From positions 32,001 through 96,000 of IMG/VR virus record IMGVR_UViG_3300032334_001019: 64,000 nt of DNA; one strand, given 5' to 3'. Origin of the DNA: a virus. Position numbers and translations under genes: made by a program. Position 1 is the stretch's first letter, and every line of letters starts with the position of its first letter. Shown here in pieces: positions 1-9,914 of this stretch. Below the pieces are notes generated by a model. The model was not told the DNA's origin. It did no database searches and worked only from the letters and a program-made list of their open reading frames with translations.

Positions 1-250
1 TCTTGCAATAATGGCAATAGAAGGTTTTTGTAAAGCAAATAATATAAAATTAGTATATTCAACTTGGCATGGTTTAACTACACACTTTCTTGCAAGATTA
101 AAATTAGAAAACTTTATTACATTATGGGATGTTCATAATTTACTTATTGAGCCAAACTTATTTTTCTTTACTGATCTTCAAAACGATGGACATTGGGCAG
201 AAAAACATCACAAAAGATTTGCTGAAATTGTTTTGGAAAAGATTAAATGA
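1..250 (+). CDS. C-terminal part of an SGNH-like hypothetical protein (5' truncated by window edge)
   Basis: Ends ...DLQNDGHWAEKHH.., resembling the RDGHPG end of the 17931-18971 protein; overlaps the next start. Confidence 0.5.
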   Translation, partial: LAIMAIEGFCKANNIKLVYSTWHGLTTHFLARLKLENFITLWDVHNLLIEPNLFFFTDLQNDGHWAEKHHKRFAEIVLEKIK

Positions 251-1680
251 TAATACTTGGTATAAATGAAACAACACATGATGCATCTGTGTCTTTAATT
301 AAAGATGGAGAAGTTTTGTTTGCTGGACACGCTGAAAGATATAGTAAGCAAAAAAATGATTGGTTTACAAACAAAGAATTAATTAAAGATGCATTGCAGT
401 ATGGCTATCCAGATAAGATTGCCTACTATGAAAAGCCTTTACTTAAAAAACTTAGAGTAAAGACTAAAGGTGGGTTTGGTGGAGACAGACCTTGGTTTGA
501 GTCTACAGAACTTGGAGATTTGCCAAGAAAAAACTTTACACACCACTACTCCCATGCAGCAGCAGGATACTACACCAGTGCCTATAATGAAGCATGTATT
601 ATAGTTCTTGATGCAATAGGTGAATTTACTACATCATCAATCTGGGTTGGTGAAGGAAATAAGATTAAACAAAAGTATCGACAAAACTACCCAATAAGTT
701 TTGGTCTTTTTTATTCTGCATTTACACAACTGATTGGTCTTATGCCAAACCAAGAAGAATATATAATGATGGGTATGGCTGCGTATGGAGACCCAAATAA
801 ATATTTAAAAAAGGTTGTTGATTATTTCCCATCTATTATGTCTCAGAAATATAACTTTCATAAAGGAATTAATGATTGGGGCTGGATTGAATCAGAGCAA
901 GATAGGTTTGATATTGCAGCAGCAGTACAGGCAGTTTATCAAAGCAGACTCATTGAGTTTGCAACAACAGCAAAAGCAATAACTGGAAAAAAGAATCTTG
1001 TATTTATGGGTGGATGTGCACTAAACTCTTCTGCAAATACAGCACTATGGAAAATTTTTGACAGCATCTGGATTATGCCAAACCCTGGTGATGCTGGAAG
1101 TTCTTTGGGTGCAGCAGCAGGACTTTATGGAAAACACCTTAACTGGAAATCTCCATATCTTGGATATGATCTTGGCGGAGAGTATCCGATTGATAAAATA
1201 ATTGAGGGGCTAAAGAAAGATAAAATCGTAGCAGTGGCAACTGGTAAAGCAGAGTATGGTCCAAGAGCATTGGGTAACAGAAGCATTCTTGCTGATCCAC
1301 GAGATCCAGATATTAAAGACAAAGTAAACCTAATTAAACAAAGAGAACTCTTTAGACCATTTGCCCCAGTGGTAATGGCAGAGCATGCCTCCAAGTGGTT
1401 TGATATGGACTTTGAAAGCCCATATATGCAGTATACTGTTAAGTGCTTACAGCCACACAAGATTCCTTCTGTAGTACATGAAGATGGAACATCTAGAGTT
1501 CAAACTGTTACAAAAGAGCAACATCCAGGTCTTTGGAGAGTTTTAAATAAGTTTTACTTAGAGACTGGCGTTCCAATTCTTCTTAATACTAGTTTAAATA
1601 TTAAGGGTCAACCACTACTTAATGATGAGACTGACATTATTAAATGGGAAAAAGAATACAACTTTACAATTTGCAGGTAA
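247..1680 (+). CDS. NodU/CmcH-family O-carbamoyltransferase
   Basis: Motifs HDAS, ERYS, HHYSHAA, MGMAAYG, GGCALN, GDAG, EYGPRALGNRS, RELFRPFAP, DGTSRVQTV, LNTSLN. Confidence 0.95.
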   Translation: MIILGINETTHDASVSLIKDGEVLFAGHAERYSKQKNDWFTNKELIKDALQYGYPDKIAYYEKPLLKKLRVKTKGGFGGDRPWFESTELGDLPRKNFTHHYSHAAAGYYTSAYNEACIIVLDAIGEFTTSSIWVGEGNKIKQKYRQNYPISFGLFYSAFTQLIGLMPNQEEYIMMGMAAYGDPNKYLKKVVDYFPSIMSQKYNFHKGINDWGWIESEQDRFDIAAAVQAVYQSRLIEFATTAKAITGKKNLVFMGGCALNSSANTALWKIFDSIWIMPNPGDAGSSLGAAAGLYGKHLNWKSPYLGYDLGGEYPIDKIIEGLKKDKIVAVATGKAEYGPRALGNRSILADPRDPDIKDKVNLIKQRELFRPFAPVVMAEHASKWFDMDFESPYMQYTVKCLQPHKIPSVVHEDGTSRVQTVTKEQHPGLWRVLNKFYLETGVPILLNTSLNIKGQPLLNDETDIIKWEKEYNFTICR

Positions 1681-1716
1681 AGTGCTATAATAGATACATA
1701 TAAAAGGAGGCCAAAA

Positions 1717-2358
1717 ATGGCAGCAAAAGGTAGTGTAGAAGCAATCATTGAGGTTGCAAAGAATGAAGTGGGCACAATAGAAGGCCCAAAGGATAATGAA
1801 ACAAAATACGGTGCATGGATCAAGGTTAACTTTCAACCTTGGTGTCAGTCATTTGTTTCTTGGTCAGCATTTACTGCGGGAGTAAAATCATTCCCAAAGA
1901 CAGCATCAACAGTTGCAGCAGCAGATTGGTTTAAGAAGGCTGAGCGTTGGTCAGATGCTCGTAACGATGACCCACAGCCAGGAGACTGGATCTATTTTGA
2001 TTTCCCAGATGATGGTGTAAATCGTATTTCACATGTTGGTCTTTGCATTAAGAACAATGGTGACGGAACAATCCAAGTTATTGAAGGAAATACTTCAGGA
2101 ACTGCTAAAGGAGATCAGCGCAATGGCGGAATGTGTGTTGAAAAAACTCGTGGCTATGTAAAGAATAACAAGAAGAAGTTGCTTAACGCTGTGGTTGGTT
2201 GGGGTCGTCCAGTTTATACTGGTGAAGAAAATGCTCCACTACTAAACAAGATTGCAGCATCTGCTACTTCAGCACCAGCAAAGACAACAACTATACCTGC
2301 TGCTAAGAAGACCGCAAAGAAATCTTCTGGTGGAGGAAAAGGGGCAGCAGCGCTATAA
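1717..2358 (+). CDS. CHAP-domain peptidoglycan hydrolase (endolysin-like) with Lys/Ala-rich tail
   Basis: PWCQSFVSW, PQPGDWIYF, HVGL, IEGNT CHAP motifs; SD AGGAGG. Confidence 0.85.
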   Translation: MAAKGSVEAIIEVAKNEVGTIEGPKDNETKYGAWIKVNFQPWCQSFVSWSAFTAGVKSFPKTASTVAAADWFKKAERWSDARNDDPQPGDWIYFDFPDDGVNRISHVGLCIKNNGDGTIQVIEGNTSGTAKGDQRNGGMCVEKTRGYVKNNKKKLLNAVVGWGRPVYTGEENAPLLNKIAASATSAPAKTTTIPAAKKTAKKSSGGGKGAAAL

Positions 2359-2558
2359 TGGAATCTACTAAGAGAACATTACTAAAAACAGCAAGTTGGG
2401 AAACATTTCATCTTGTTGGAGTTGCTGGAGTAATTTATTTGTTCACTGGAGAATGGGAGTATGCATCACTTGGTGCATTACTTTACATTGGATGGGAAGC
2501 ACTTGGATACTTTATTCATGAAAGAGTTTGGGCTAAATTTGGAAAAGGAGTAAAATAA
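2358..2558 (+). CDS. DUF2061-like small membrane protein
   Basis: RTLLKTASW...YFIHERVW signature. Confidence 0.75.
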   Translation: MESTKRTLLKTASWETFHLVGVAGVIYLFTGEWEYASLGALLYIGWEALGYFIHERVWAKFGKGVK

Positions 2559-2665
2559 TGCGTATTAAAATTATTAAGTTTGTTGTTAAAGCACTTGGAT
2601 ATGACTGGGGCGGAGATAATCTAAAACTTCCTTATTGGACAGTAAAAGAAAAGAAGAAGAAGTAG
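2558..2665 (+). CDS. small hypothetical protein (35 aa, not in ORF track)
   Basis: TAATG/TAGTG coupling to both neighbours; SD GGAG; MRIKIIKFVVKALGYDWGGDNLKLPYWTVKEKKKK. Confidence 0.55.
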   Translation: MRIKIIKFVVKALGYDWGGDNLKLPYWTVKEKKKK

Positions 2666-2850
2666 TGGCTCTTTACGAATATCATTGTAGCACTTGTGTT
2701 GATAATTTTATTAAAGAAAGACCAATAGCATCAGATGATCCAGGTTACAAATGTGAGACTTGCAATACTGATTTAACTCGTGTATACTCTAATGTAGGAG
2801 CAGTTTTTAACGGTACTGGATTTTATTCCACTGACAATAGAAAGAAGTAG
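2665..2850 (+). CDS. FmdB-family zinc ribbon regulatory protein
   Basis: GTG start; YEYHCSTC...CETC...FNGTGFYSTD. Confidence 0.85.
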   Translation: MALYEYHCSTCVDNFIKERPIASDDPGYKCETCNTDLTRVYSNVGAVFNGTGFYSTDNRKK

Positions 2851-2858
2851 AGTATACT

Positions 2859-3116
2859 ATGAGTATTATGATTGACACACCTTCAGAAGTTAAGAACTGG
2901 GTACTCAAGGCAACTGATAGATGCGATTCATGTGCAGCAGAAGCCTTGGTGCAGGTTACTGGACTAAATGGAGAACTTCTTTTTTGTGGTCATCACTATA
3001 ACAAGATTATGAATAATCAAGAAGGATACAAGAAAATGATGTCGTTTATGATTACATTAATTGATGAACGAGATAAACTGATTGAGAACAAAGCAAAGGA
3101 AGAGCCACACGCATGA
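2859..3116 (+). CDS. small actinobacterial-type Cys/His protein
   Basis: DRCDSCAAEA...GELLFCGHH pattern. Confidence 0.65.
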   Translation: MSIMIDTPSEVKNWVLKATDRCDSCAAEALVQVTGLNGELLFCGHHYNKIMNNQEGYKKMMSFMITLIDERDKLIENKAKEEPHA

Positions 3117-3874
3117 TTATTCAGATTATTGGGCTTCCAGGTTCTGGCAAGACAGAACTGGCGAAGGCCCTAAAGGAACGCATTAACGCTATTCATCTTA
3201 ATGCAGATGAGGTTAGAGCAACAGTCAATTCTGATCTAGGTTTTACAATAGAAGATAGACTTGAGCAGGCCCGTCGCATGGGTGAGATGGCAAGAATAAT
3301 TGCAAAGCAGGGGGTTGCTCCTGTTATTGTAGACTTTGTTTGTCCAACAGAATTAACTCGTGCAGCATTTGGTAAGCCAGACATCCTTGTATTTATGGAC
3401 ACACTTGCTGAGGGTAGATTTGAAGATACTAATAAGATGTTTGAACGACCAACAGAGTTTGATGTATCTTTTATTAGTCACAATTTAGATGCAGAAGCAA
3501 AGGCATCCCACATCATTTCAAAGTTTGGTCTACATGATTGGTCTGCACCTACAACCCTAATGCTTGGTAGGTACCAGCCATGGCACGAAGGTCATCACGC
3601 CCTTTACAAAGAGGCGGGTAAGAGAACTGACCAAGTACTGCTTGGAGTCCGTAATACCTACAACACAAGCGAAAAGGACCCACTTAGGTTTGATCAGGTA
3701 AAAGAATATATTGCCAAGGATGAATTTATGGATGGTGCATTGGTATTAAGACTACCTAATATTACCAACATTGTTTATGGTCGTGATGTAGGATATAAGA
3801 TTGAGCAAGTAGATTTAGGTGCTGATATACATGCTATTTCTGCTACACAAAAGCGCAAAGAAATGGGCATCTAA
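3113..3874 (+). CDS. adenylyl-sulfate (APS) kinase-like domain fused to a cytidylyltransferase-like (HxGH) domain
   Basis: GLPGSGKT P-loop, LNADEVR, DLGFT..DRLEQARR; C-terminal GRYQPWHEGH and ISATQKR. Confidence 0.8.
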   Translation: MIIQIIGLPGSGKTELAKALKERINAIHLNADEVRATVNSDLGFTIEDRLEQARRMGEMARIIAKQGVAPVIVDFVCPTELTRAAFGKPDILVFMDTLAEGRFEDTNKMFERPTEFDVSFISHNLDAEAKASHIISKFGLHDWSAPTTLMLGRYQPWHEGHHALYKEAGKRTDQVLLGVRNTYNTSEKDPLRFDQVKEYIAKDEFMDGALVLRLPNITNIVYGRDVGYKIEQVDLGADIHAISATQKRKEMGI

Positions 3875-3962
3875 ATGTTAGAAAATGGTATTGCAGTTGT
3901 TGTTTCACTTATAGTTGCTTCTATTGCTGTTTACTTTGTTGACAAAAAGTGGGGTGGATCTG

Positions 3963-4166
3963 ATGACAGTAACCAAGGCTAGATCATTTATTAAAGCATT
4001 GAGTTATCGTATATGGGGAACATTGTCATCATTTGTTGTTGCCTATATCTTAACAGGAGATGCAACTCTTTCAAGTGCTATTGCTTTTTGGGAAACGGTA
4101 GTTAAAGTATTTATCTATTACGCACATGAGCGTGGGTGGAATTATATTCAGTGGGGTAGAAAGTAA
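3963..4166 (+). CDS. DUF2061-like small membrane protein
   Basis: RSFIKALSYR...YYAHERGW. Confidence 0.75.
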   Translation: MTVTKARSFIKALSYRIWGTLSSFVVAYILTGDATLSSAIAFWETVVKVFIYYAHERGWNYIQWGRK

Positions 4167-4191
4167 CAAAAGGTTACTGTATAATGTAATA

Positions 4192-5724
4192 ATGAAAAAA
4201 GTTGTTATTGTCGGTGGTGGTACTGCTGGGTGGCTTACCGCTTTGGCTGCACAACAGAGATATCCTAATGAAGATATAACTGTCGTAGAGAGCACAGAGG
4301 TAGGAATTCTTGGTGCTGGAGAGGGATCTGTTCCAGATTTACTTTTTTTCTTAAATAGACTGGGAATCAAGGTCTCAGATTTAATAAAAGAAACTGGTGC
4401 TACAATTAAATCTGGTATTCTGTTTAGGAATTGGGCAAGCGATGGCAGTCAGTACTTCCATAGTTTTAAAAAAAATGAAGAACTAACAGTTAACAAGTCT
4501 TTAAAGTTAAACGAGATAGATCAGACTTTTTCAGATATGCCAGTAGATGAACTTATAGCAATGCTTGAATATAAAAGAGATTCTAGCAAAATTGATGCGA
4601 TGGCTATTAAAAAAAATAATGTTCCTTTTGTAAAGAAAGAGGAAAAGAATACAAAAAGTTTTAAAGATTTTGATCTATACAATAGGTTTTCAGTACATTT
4701 TGATGCAAGACTGTTTGCAATTTTTTTATCAAAAGTAGGAATTTCTCGTGGAATTAAAGTTGTAGATGCTAAAGTAAAAAATTTTGTTACAGATGAAAAT
4801 AACAATATCATTAAAGTTGATTTTGATAACTCAAATTCAATTGAATGTGATTTTATTTTTGATTGTTCTGGATTTTATAGGCTTATAACTGGTAAACATT
4901 ATAATGCTGAATGGATTAGTTTTTCTAAACACCTGCCTGCAAAAAAAGCAATACCATTCTTCTTAGACATTGACAAAGAATCTATAGAGCCATACACTGA
5001 CTCAGTTGCTATGGATTATGGCTGGATGTGGAAGATTCCACTACAGCATCGTTATGGTTGTGGATATGTTTTTGACTCAGATTTTATTACAGAGGATCAA
5101 GCAAAAGAAGAAGTAGAAAAATTATTGGGGAAAAAGATTATTTCACCCAAAACATTTAGTTTTAATCCAGGTCACTATGAAAAGATATGGAATAAAAATA
5201 GTATAGGAATTGGACTTTCTTCTGGATTTGTTGAACCTCTTGAGGCAACATCAATTATGCAAACTGTTCATACTTTAGCCACAGTCTTTTCACCTTTAAA
5301 AGATATTTTTAAAATGGAGGAGTCGCATGTAAAATTGGTTAATGATGTTTATAAAAAAGACTGTAATGAAATTTTAAATGTAATATATTTACATTATATG
5401 ACAGATAAAACAAATACTGATTTTTGGAAAAATTTTACAACTAATAATGAGATGCCAGAATCGCTAAAAAAAGATATAGAAAAGGTAAAAAATTACACTC
5501 ATGAGGAAAATCCAAATAATTTTTTTAAATCCAGAAGTTACTACACAATTATAGATGGCAATAATATTATGGATCGATCATCATTAACTAAACTGTATGA
5601 TGAAAAACTAAAAGATTACCATGATACAATTAAAAAAGAGAATGAACTAAAAATAAAAGAGTCTGAAAATTTTATAAGTCATTCAGATTTTATTAGATAT
5701 CTTGGGGGATTAAGTGAGAATTAA
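4192..5724 (+). CDS. flavin-dependent tryptophan halogenase family protein
   Basis: GGGTAGW, GAGEGS, ATIKSGI, FDCSGF, GWMWKIPL (WxWxIP), FVEPLEATSI; TATAAT just upstream (leaderless). Confidence 0.9.
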   Translation: MKKVVIVGGGTAGWLTALAAQQRYPNEDITVVESTEVGILGAGEGSVPDLLFFLNRLGIKVSDLIKETGATIKSGILFRNWASDGSQYFHSFKKNEELTVNKSLKLNEIDQTFSDMPVDELIAMLEYKRDSSKIDAMAIKKNNVPFVKKEEKNTKSFKDFDLYNRFSVHFDARLFAIFLSKVGISRGIKVVDAKVKNFVTDENNNIIKVDFDNSNSIECDFIFDCSGFYRLITGKHYNAEWISFSKHLPAKKAIPFFLDIDKESIEPYTDSVAMDYGWMWKIPLQHRYGCGYVFDSDFITEDQAKEEVEKLLGKKIISPKTFSFNPGHYEKIWNKNSIGIGLSSGFVEPLEATSIMQTVHTLATVFSPLKDIFKMEESHVKLVNDVYKKDCNEILNVIYLHYMTDKTNTDFWKNFTTNNEMPESLKKDIEKVKNYTHEENPNNFFKSRSYYTIIDGNNIMDRSSLTKLYDEKLKDYHDTIKKENELKIKESENFISHSDFIRYLGGLSEN

Positions 5725-5995
5725 GGTAATATTGACAGTATTAAAGAAAATGTCAGACAAGTCTTATTGGACATTACCAAACTTTGTTGAGTTTGTAGCA
5801 TTTATGACAAAGGTTGTTATTATTGTTCCAGGACTATTGTTTGGTCTTCAGTGGTGGTGGTTATATATTTTTGCATTAGCATCCAGCATATCACTGATAT
5901 GGACATCAACTGTAAAAACTCTCCCAACAATAATAATATTCAATATGATCTGGACTTTACTGGCAGCAACTGCTATAATTAAGTATTGGGTCTAA
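5714..5995 (+). CDS. small membrane protein
   Basis: Three hydrophobic segments. Confidence 0.6.
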   Translation: MRIKVILTVLKKMSDKSYWTLPNFVEFVAFMTKVVIIVPGLLFGLQWWWLYIFALASSISLIWTSTVKTLPTIIIFNMIWTLLAATAIIKYWV

Positions 5996-6005
5996 GGGGG
6001 CTTGT

Positions 6006-6413
6006 ATGTATGAGTACTATGTAAGAAAAGTAGAGAATGTAGTAGATGGAGATACCATCGATGTTCTTATTGATTTAGGGTTTGATATTTTGTTTGCATC
6101 TCGTGTAAGATTGGCTGGTATTGATACCCCTGAGTCTCGCACAAAGGATCTTGCTGAGAAGGCACTTGGCCTAGAAGCCAAGGAATATCTAAAGAAGCAT
6201 CTTAAGGATGCTAAGTCTGTTGTTATTAAGACTGAAAAGATGGACTCATCTGAGAAGTATGGTCGCATTTTGGGCTGGGTATATGTAGATGGAAACACCG
6301 TATCTCTTAATGACATGATGATCAATGATGGTTATGCTTGGGGATACCTAGGTGATACTAAGGTTAAGGACTTCGATGCTCTTGCAAAGGCTAGAAAGAA
6401 GTCTGGTAAGTGA
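6006..6413 (+). CDS. thermonuclease (SNase family)
   Basis: VVDGDTID, VRLAGIDTPE, KYGRILG. Confidence 0.92.
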   Translation: MYEYYVRKVENVVDGDTIDVLIDLGFDILFASRVRLAGIDTPESRTKDLAEKALGLEAKEYLKKHLKDAKSVVIKTEKMDSSEKYGRILGWVYVDGNTVSLNDMMINDGYAWGYLGDTKVKDFDALAKARKKSGK

Positions 6414-6751
6414 CACCAGAAGAAAGCGACATCATTGATAATTTAATACTTACTGGAGCACTGGAGCCGTGTGGTATTGATATTGAAAGTGGTGAAATGT
6501 TGTACAACTTTACAGATAAGTTGAAGCAGGTAGATCCGCTACTTCATGATGAATTTCAAAGATACTTTACATCAGAGACAATGGCTTTGTGGGAGCATGG
6601 TTTTATTGAGATGGATGTCACATTAGATCATCCAGTAGTCTCACTCACACAAAAGGCTTTTGATTCAGCAGAGGTTTTAAAACTTGATAAAAATCATCAA
6701 TACACACTAAAGGAAATCATAAGAATTATACTTGAGGATAATAAAAATTAG
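6410..6751 (+). CDS. hypothetical protein
   Basis: ORF coupled by GTGA overlap. Confidence 0.65.
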   Translation: MTPEESDIIDNLILTGALEPCGIDIESGEMLYNFTDKLKQVDPLLHDEFQRYFTSETMALWEHGFIEMDVTLDHPVVSLTQKAFDSAEVLKLDKNHQYTLKEIIRIILEDNKN

Positions 6752-6753
6752 CA

Positions 6754-7179
6754 ATGGAATATTTTCTTGGTTCATTAACTACACTATTAATCATTGGGTT
6801 GGTTTCATATATAATAAAACCATCTAACATTGTAAGTGATATGCCGAAACTAAGATATAGTCAAAGCCATATATTTGAATTAGTCAAACCAATACTTCCA
6901 CCAATAAAAAGTTTACCAGGGAAAAAGAAAATTTATCAATCTACTAAGCATGAAGAAAAAACAAGGATCAAGGTTATAATATTGGATAAGAAAGCCTATT
7001 GGGTAAAAGACAATCTATTTTATGTGGCGGATATTGATGGGCAAGGAATCGATAAAGACAATGCACGAGTAGTTGACACGATACATATGGATAAGGTACA
7101 ATTAGATAAGATGCTTTTTATAATGGATCAACTAAGAGATGGGAAAGTAAATGATAATGGGGATTCAAGGGACCAGTAG
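6754..7179 (+). CDS. hypothetical protein with N-terminal membrane anchor
   Basis: N-terminal hydrophobic helix; operon spacing. Confidence 0.65.
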   Translation: MEYFLGSLTTLLIIGLVSYIIKPSNIVSDMPKLRYSQSHIFELVKPILPPIKSLPGKKKIYQSTKHEEKTRIKVIILDKKAYWVKDNLFYVADIDGQGIDKDNARVVDTIHMDKVQLDKMLFIMDQLRDGKVNDNGDSRDQ

Positions 7180-7501
7180 TTTTAATGACTACCAGGTTTT
7201 TCTTAGAGCCATGGGTGTAGCAATGTCTTCTTTGCAAAGCGAAGACCCATACTTTTATATTTATTCTGCTGGCCCAGCAAATGTTAACTCTATGGTTTCA
7301 GAGTTTGTAAACCTTTCTGAGCGTGGCATGAAGTCTCGTGGAAAAAAGATTAAGATGTATAAGGTTGCACCAAGTTGGATTTCAGAGAATATGAAAGATG
7401 TTAACTACTTTGCATTTTTAAGCAATGAGAAAGAACATGTTTCAAAATTAGTAAGTGAAGCAGAACTAAGTAATGTCGACTTCGGCATTTTCCGATACTA
7501 A
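7151..7501 (+). CDS. hypothetical protein
   Basis: Operon-spaced ORF. Confidence 0.6.
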   Translation: MIMGIQGTSSFNDYQVFLRAMGVAMSSLQSEDPYFYIYSAGPANVNSMVSEFVNLSERGMKSRGKKIKMYKVAPSWISENMKDVNYFAFLSNEKEHVSKLVSEAELSNVDFGIFRY

Positions 7502-7514
7502 CAGAAAGAATAAA

Positions 7515-7724
7515 ATGCAAATTAAATCATTAGAGCAAATGGAAAAAATTGTTTCAAGCAACAAGTCCTTGCATTGGGATGGATGGACAGTAGTAAATTC
7601 TTATCCTTCTGAAAAGGGCAGAACATCATCACAGGGAGCATTTGTCAGTGGCAAGTGGCACCTACAGCGTCGTTTTGTGCCTTCTCAGTTTGGATGGGAG
7701 ATACCAGATAAGTTTGCAGGTTAA
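7515..7724 (+). CDS. hypothetical protein
   Basis: SD-like GAAAG then ATG; MQIKSLEQME... Confidence 0.6.
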   Translation: MQIKSLEQMEKIVSSNKSLHWDGWTVVNSYPSEKGRTSSQGAFVSGKWHLQRRFVPSQFGWEIPDKFAG

Positions 7725-7725
7725 T

Positions 7726-8013
7726 ATGCCTAAACATGAATGGAAAGATGATGCTTTATGTTTAGAGTATGATACGAACTTATTCTTTGATAAGTATGAA
7801 GAAGATGAACTTCTTCGTCCAGCCATAGATAAACTTTGCTCTAGTTGCTCAGTTGCAAAGATGTGCTTTGCTGTTGGAGTTTCTCAAAAAGAGTGGGGTA
7901 TCTGGGGTGGAGTATATTTAGAAAATGGACAGATATCTAAAGAATTTTCAAAGCATAAGGCTAAGTCTGATTGGGCTAATACTTGGCAATACTTAACTAT
8001 GGAGTCTGAATAG
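7726..8013 (+). CDS. whiB: WhiB-family Fe-S transcription factor
   Basis: W...ALC...LFF...CSSC.....C...WGIWGG: four Cys plus G[IV]WGG. Confidence 0.9.
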   Translation: MPKHEWKDDALCLEYDTNLFFDKYEEDELLRPAIDKLCSSCSVAKMCFAVGVSQKEWGIWGGVYLENGQISKEFSKHKAKSDWANTWQYLTMESE

Positions 8014-8970
8014 ATGTTGGCGCTTGGTGAAGAAAATAAATTTCTTGTTTATGATGGTGTTTATAAAATATCATATAATCGTGGATATTCTTCGCCACCA
8101 ATAATAGAGCAAGCAGTCTCTAGTGATACTGGATATGTGTTTGATAAAGATGAGCCAAAGTGTGTTGTTAGGTTGTCTCAAAGATACTATCACACATTTA
8201 TGCAGACGCTTGGAATAATACTGCAAGAATTTAACAAAAATAAAGATACTCATTTTTTTATAATAATAGAAAGTCCTTCTCATTTGTTATTAGAAAATCA
8301 TATTTTATTTTTTATAAATACTCTAAAAAGTCAGGATATAAAGTATACCTTGTTAGATCTTGGACATTATAAACTTCAAGGTCATAGTTTTTTAATAAAA
8401 GATTTTTATTATTATGATTATCCTCAACTAACAGATACATTTGTAACTAATTTATACAATGTTTCCAAAAAATATCACTTTGAAGGTGAGCCTTTTAGAA
8501 AAGTTTATTGTAGTAGAAAAAAAACAAAATATCAAACTGGATCAGCAATTTATGGGAACAGGGATCCAAAAACTTTGCCAATAAAGGATGATTCAGAAAG
8601 GCTTTCTGGTGAGTTAGAACTTGAAAACTATTTATTATCTAAAGGTTTTGAAGTTATTTGCCCAGAAGATTTTGACAATTTTGAAGATCAAATAAGATAC
8701 TTTAGTTCAATAAAAACTTTGGTATCTCCAACTGGTGCAGGACTAACAAGCATGTGTTTTATGAAAGAAGGATCACAGTTGGTCGAACTCACTATACCAA
8801 TGTTAGTTCAGGGAAGTATATCTCTTCATAATCACTATTCGTCAATGGCCTGGGCTAAAAAGTTAGTATATTTTTCCATACCCTCAATGAGGTCTGCCAA
8901 AGAAGTAATTGATACAATTGAAAATAATTCAATACTTTTAAGTTTAATTTCTGAGGGGAGTGAGCAATGA
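8014..8970 (+). CDS. glycosyltransferase family 61 (DUF563-like)
   Basis: YYH, KVYCSR, GFEVICPE..FEDQIRYF...GAGLTSMCFM. Confidence 0.8.
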   Translation: MLALGEENKFLVYDGVYKISYNRGYSSPPIIEQAVSSDTGYVFDKDEPKCVVRLSQRYYHTFMQTLGIILQEFNKNKDTHFFIIIESPSHLLLENHILFFINTLKSQDIKYTLLDLGHYKLQGHSFLIKDFYYYDYPQLTDTFVTNLYNVSKKYHFEGEPFRKVYCSRKKTKYQTGSAIYGNRDPKTLPIKDDSERLSGELELENYLLSKGFEVICPEDFDNFEDQIRYFSSIKTLVSPTGAGLTSMCFMKEGSQLVELTIPMLVQGSISLHNHYSSMAWAKKLVYFSIPSMRSAKEVIDTIENNSILLSLISEGSEQ

Positions 8971-9914
8971 GATACCATGACACATACCAAGATATATTAT
9001 TTTATAAAGATGAAATGATATTTAATGGCCAGCCACCGAATCAATACAAACTTGAGTTGTTAGAGTTTAAGGATTACGATGGTCCAGTTAATTCATCATT
9101 TTTAGAAGATGAACAAAAGTTTTTTATTCATTTACACCCTACATTTTTTCATTTACTGTTAGAGGATTTTGGATCTATTTTATCAATGATGAGAAAATAT
9201 CCAGGAAGACACTTTGTTTTATCTGTTTCTGATATGCTGATGTCTAGTGAATCCTTAAAAGGAATGTTGGATTTGTTATTAGAAGTGCTTACGGAGAACC
9301 AAGTAAAATACTCAGTTATATCGACCACACATCAAGGTCCGATAAGGATTAATCTTTTTTATTATCACCCTTCAAGGTTTATGGACAAAGAAGGCGTTGA
9401 TGCAATCTATGGTGTTTTTAGCAAAAAATTTAACACTGTATCAATTCCTGCAGAGAAAAAGGTATACCTAAGTCGATCTAAGGTTATGGAAAAAAATCCA
9501 GAGGGTCTTTTTAAGGGACAACCTTTAGATAAGTTTTCCTTTACAGATGATATAAGATTATATAATGAACACTTGCTTGTAGATTTCTTTTCTTCTTGTG
9601 GATTTGATATTGTTGTGCCAGAAGATTTTGAAACATTTGAGGAGCAAATTAAGTTTTTCAGTTCAGTAAAAACTTTGGTATCTACAACGGGGGCTGGTCT
9701 TTCAAATATGGTATTTATGAAGCCAGGAACAACTGTGATTGAATTAACAACATCTCTTATAGCCGCTGGAAGAGAAGATGTTCATACACACTATCAAAGT
9801 CTTGCGTATGCAATGGATCAAACATACATCTCTTTACCAGTAATGAGAAATTCTTACAAAGCATTGGAGATTATTAAAAAATCAGAAGGGCTTATGAAGA
9901 TAGTAAATGAGTAA
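8967..9914 (+). CDS. glycosyltransferase family 61 (DUF563-like), paralog of the upstream gene
   Basis: FFHLLLE, KVYLSR, FEEQIKFF...GAGLSNMVFMKPGTTVIEL. Confidence 0.82.
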   Translation: MRYHDTYQDILFYKDEMIFNGQPPNQYKLELLEFKDYDGPVNSSFLEDEQKFFIHLHPTFFHLLLEDFGSILSMMRKYPGRHFVLSVSDMLMSSESLKGMLDLLLEVLTENQVKYSVISTTHQGPIRINLFYYHPSRFMDKEGVDAIYGVFSKKFNTVSIPAEKKVYLSRSKVMEKNPEGLFKGQPLDKFSFTDDIRLYNEHLLVDFFSSCGFDIVVPEDFETFEEQIKFFSSVKTLVSTTGAGLSNMVFMKPGTTVIELTTSLIAAGREDVHTHYQSLAYAMDQTYISLPVMRNSYKALEIIKKSEGLMKIVNE

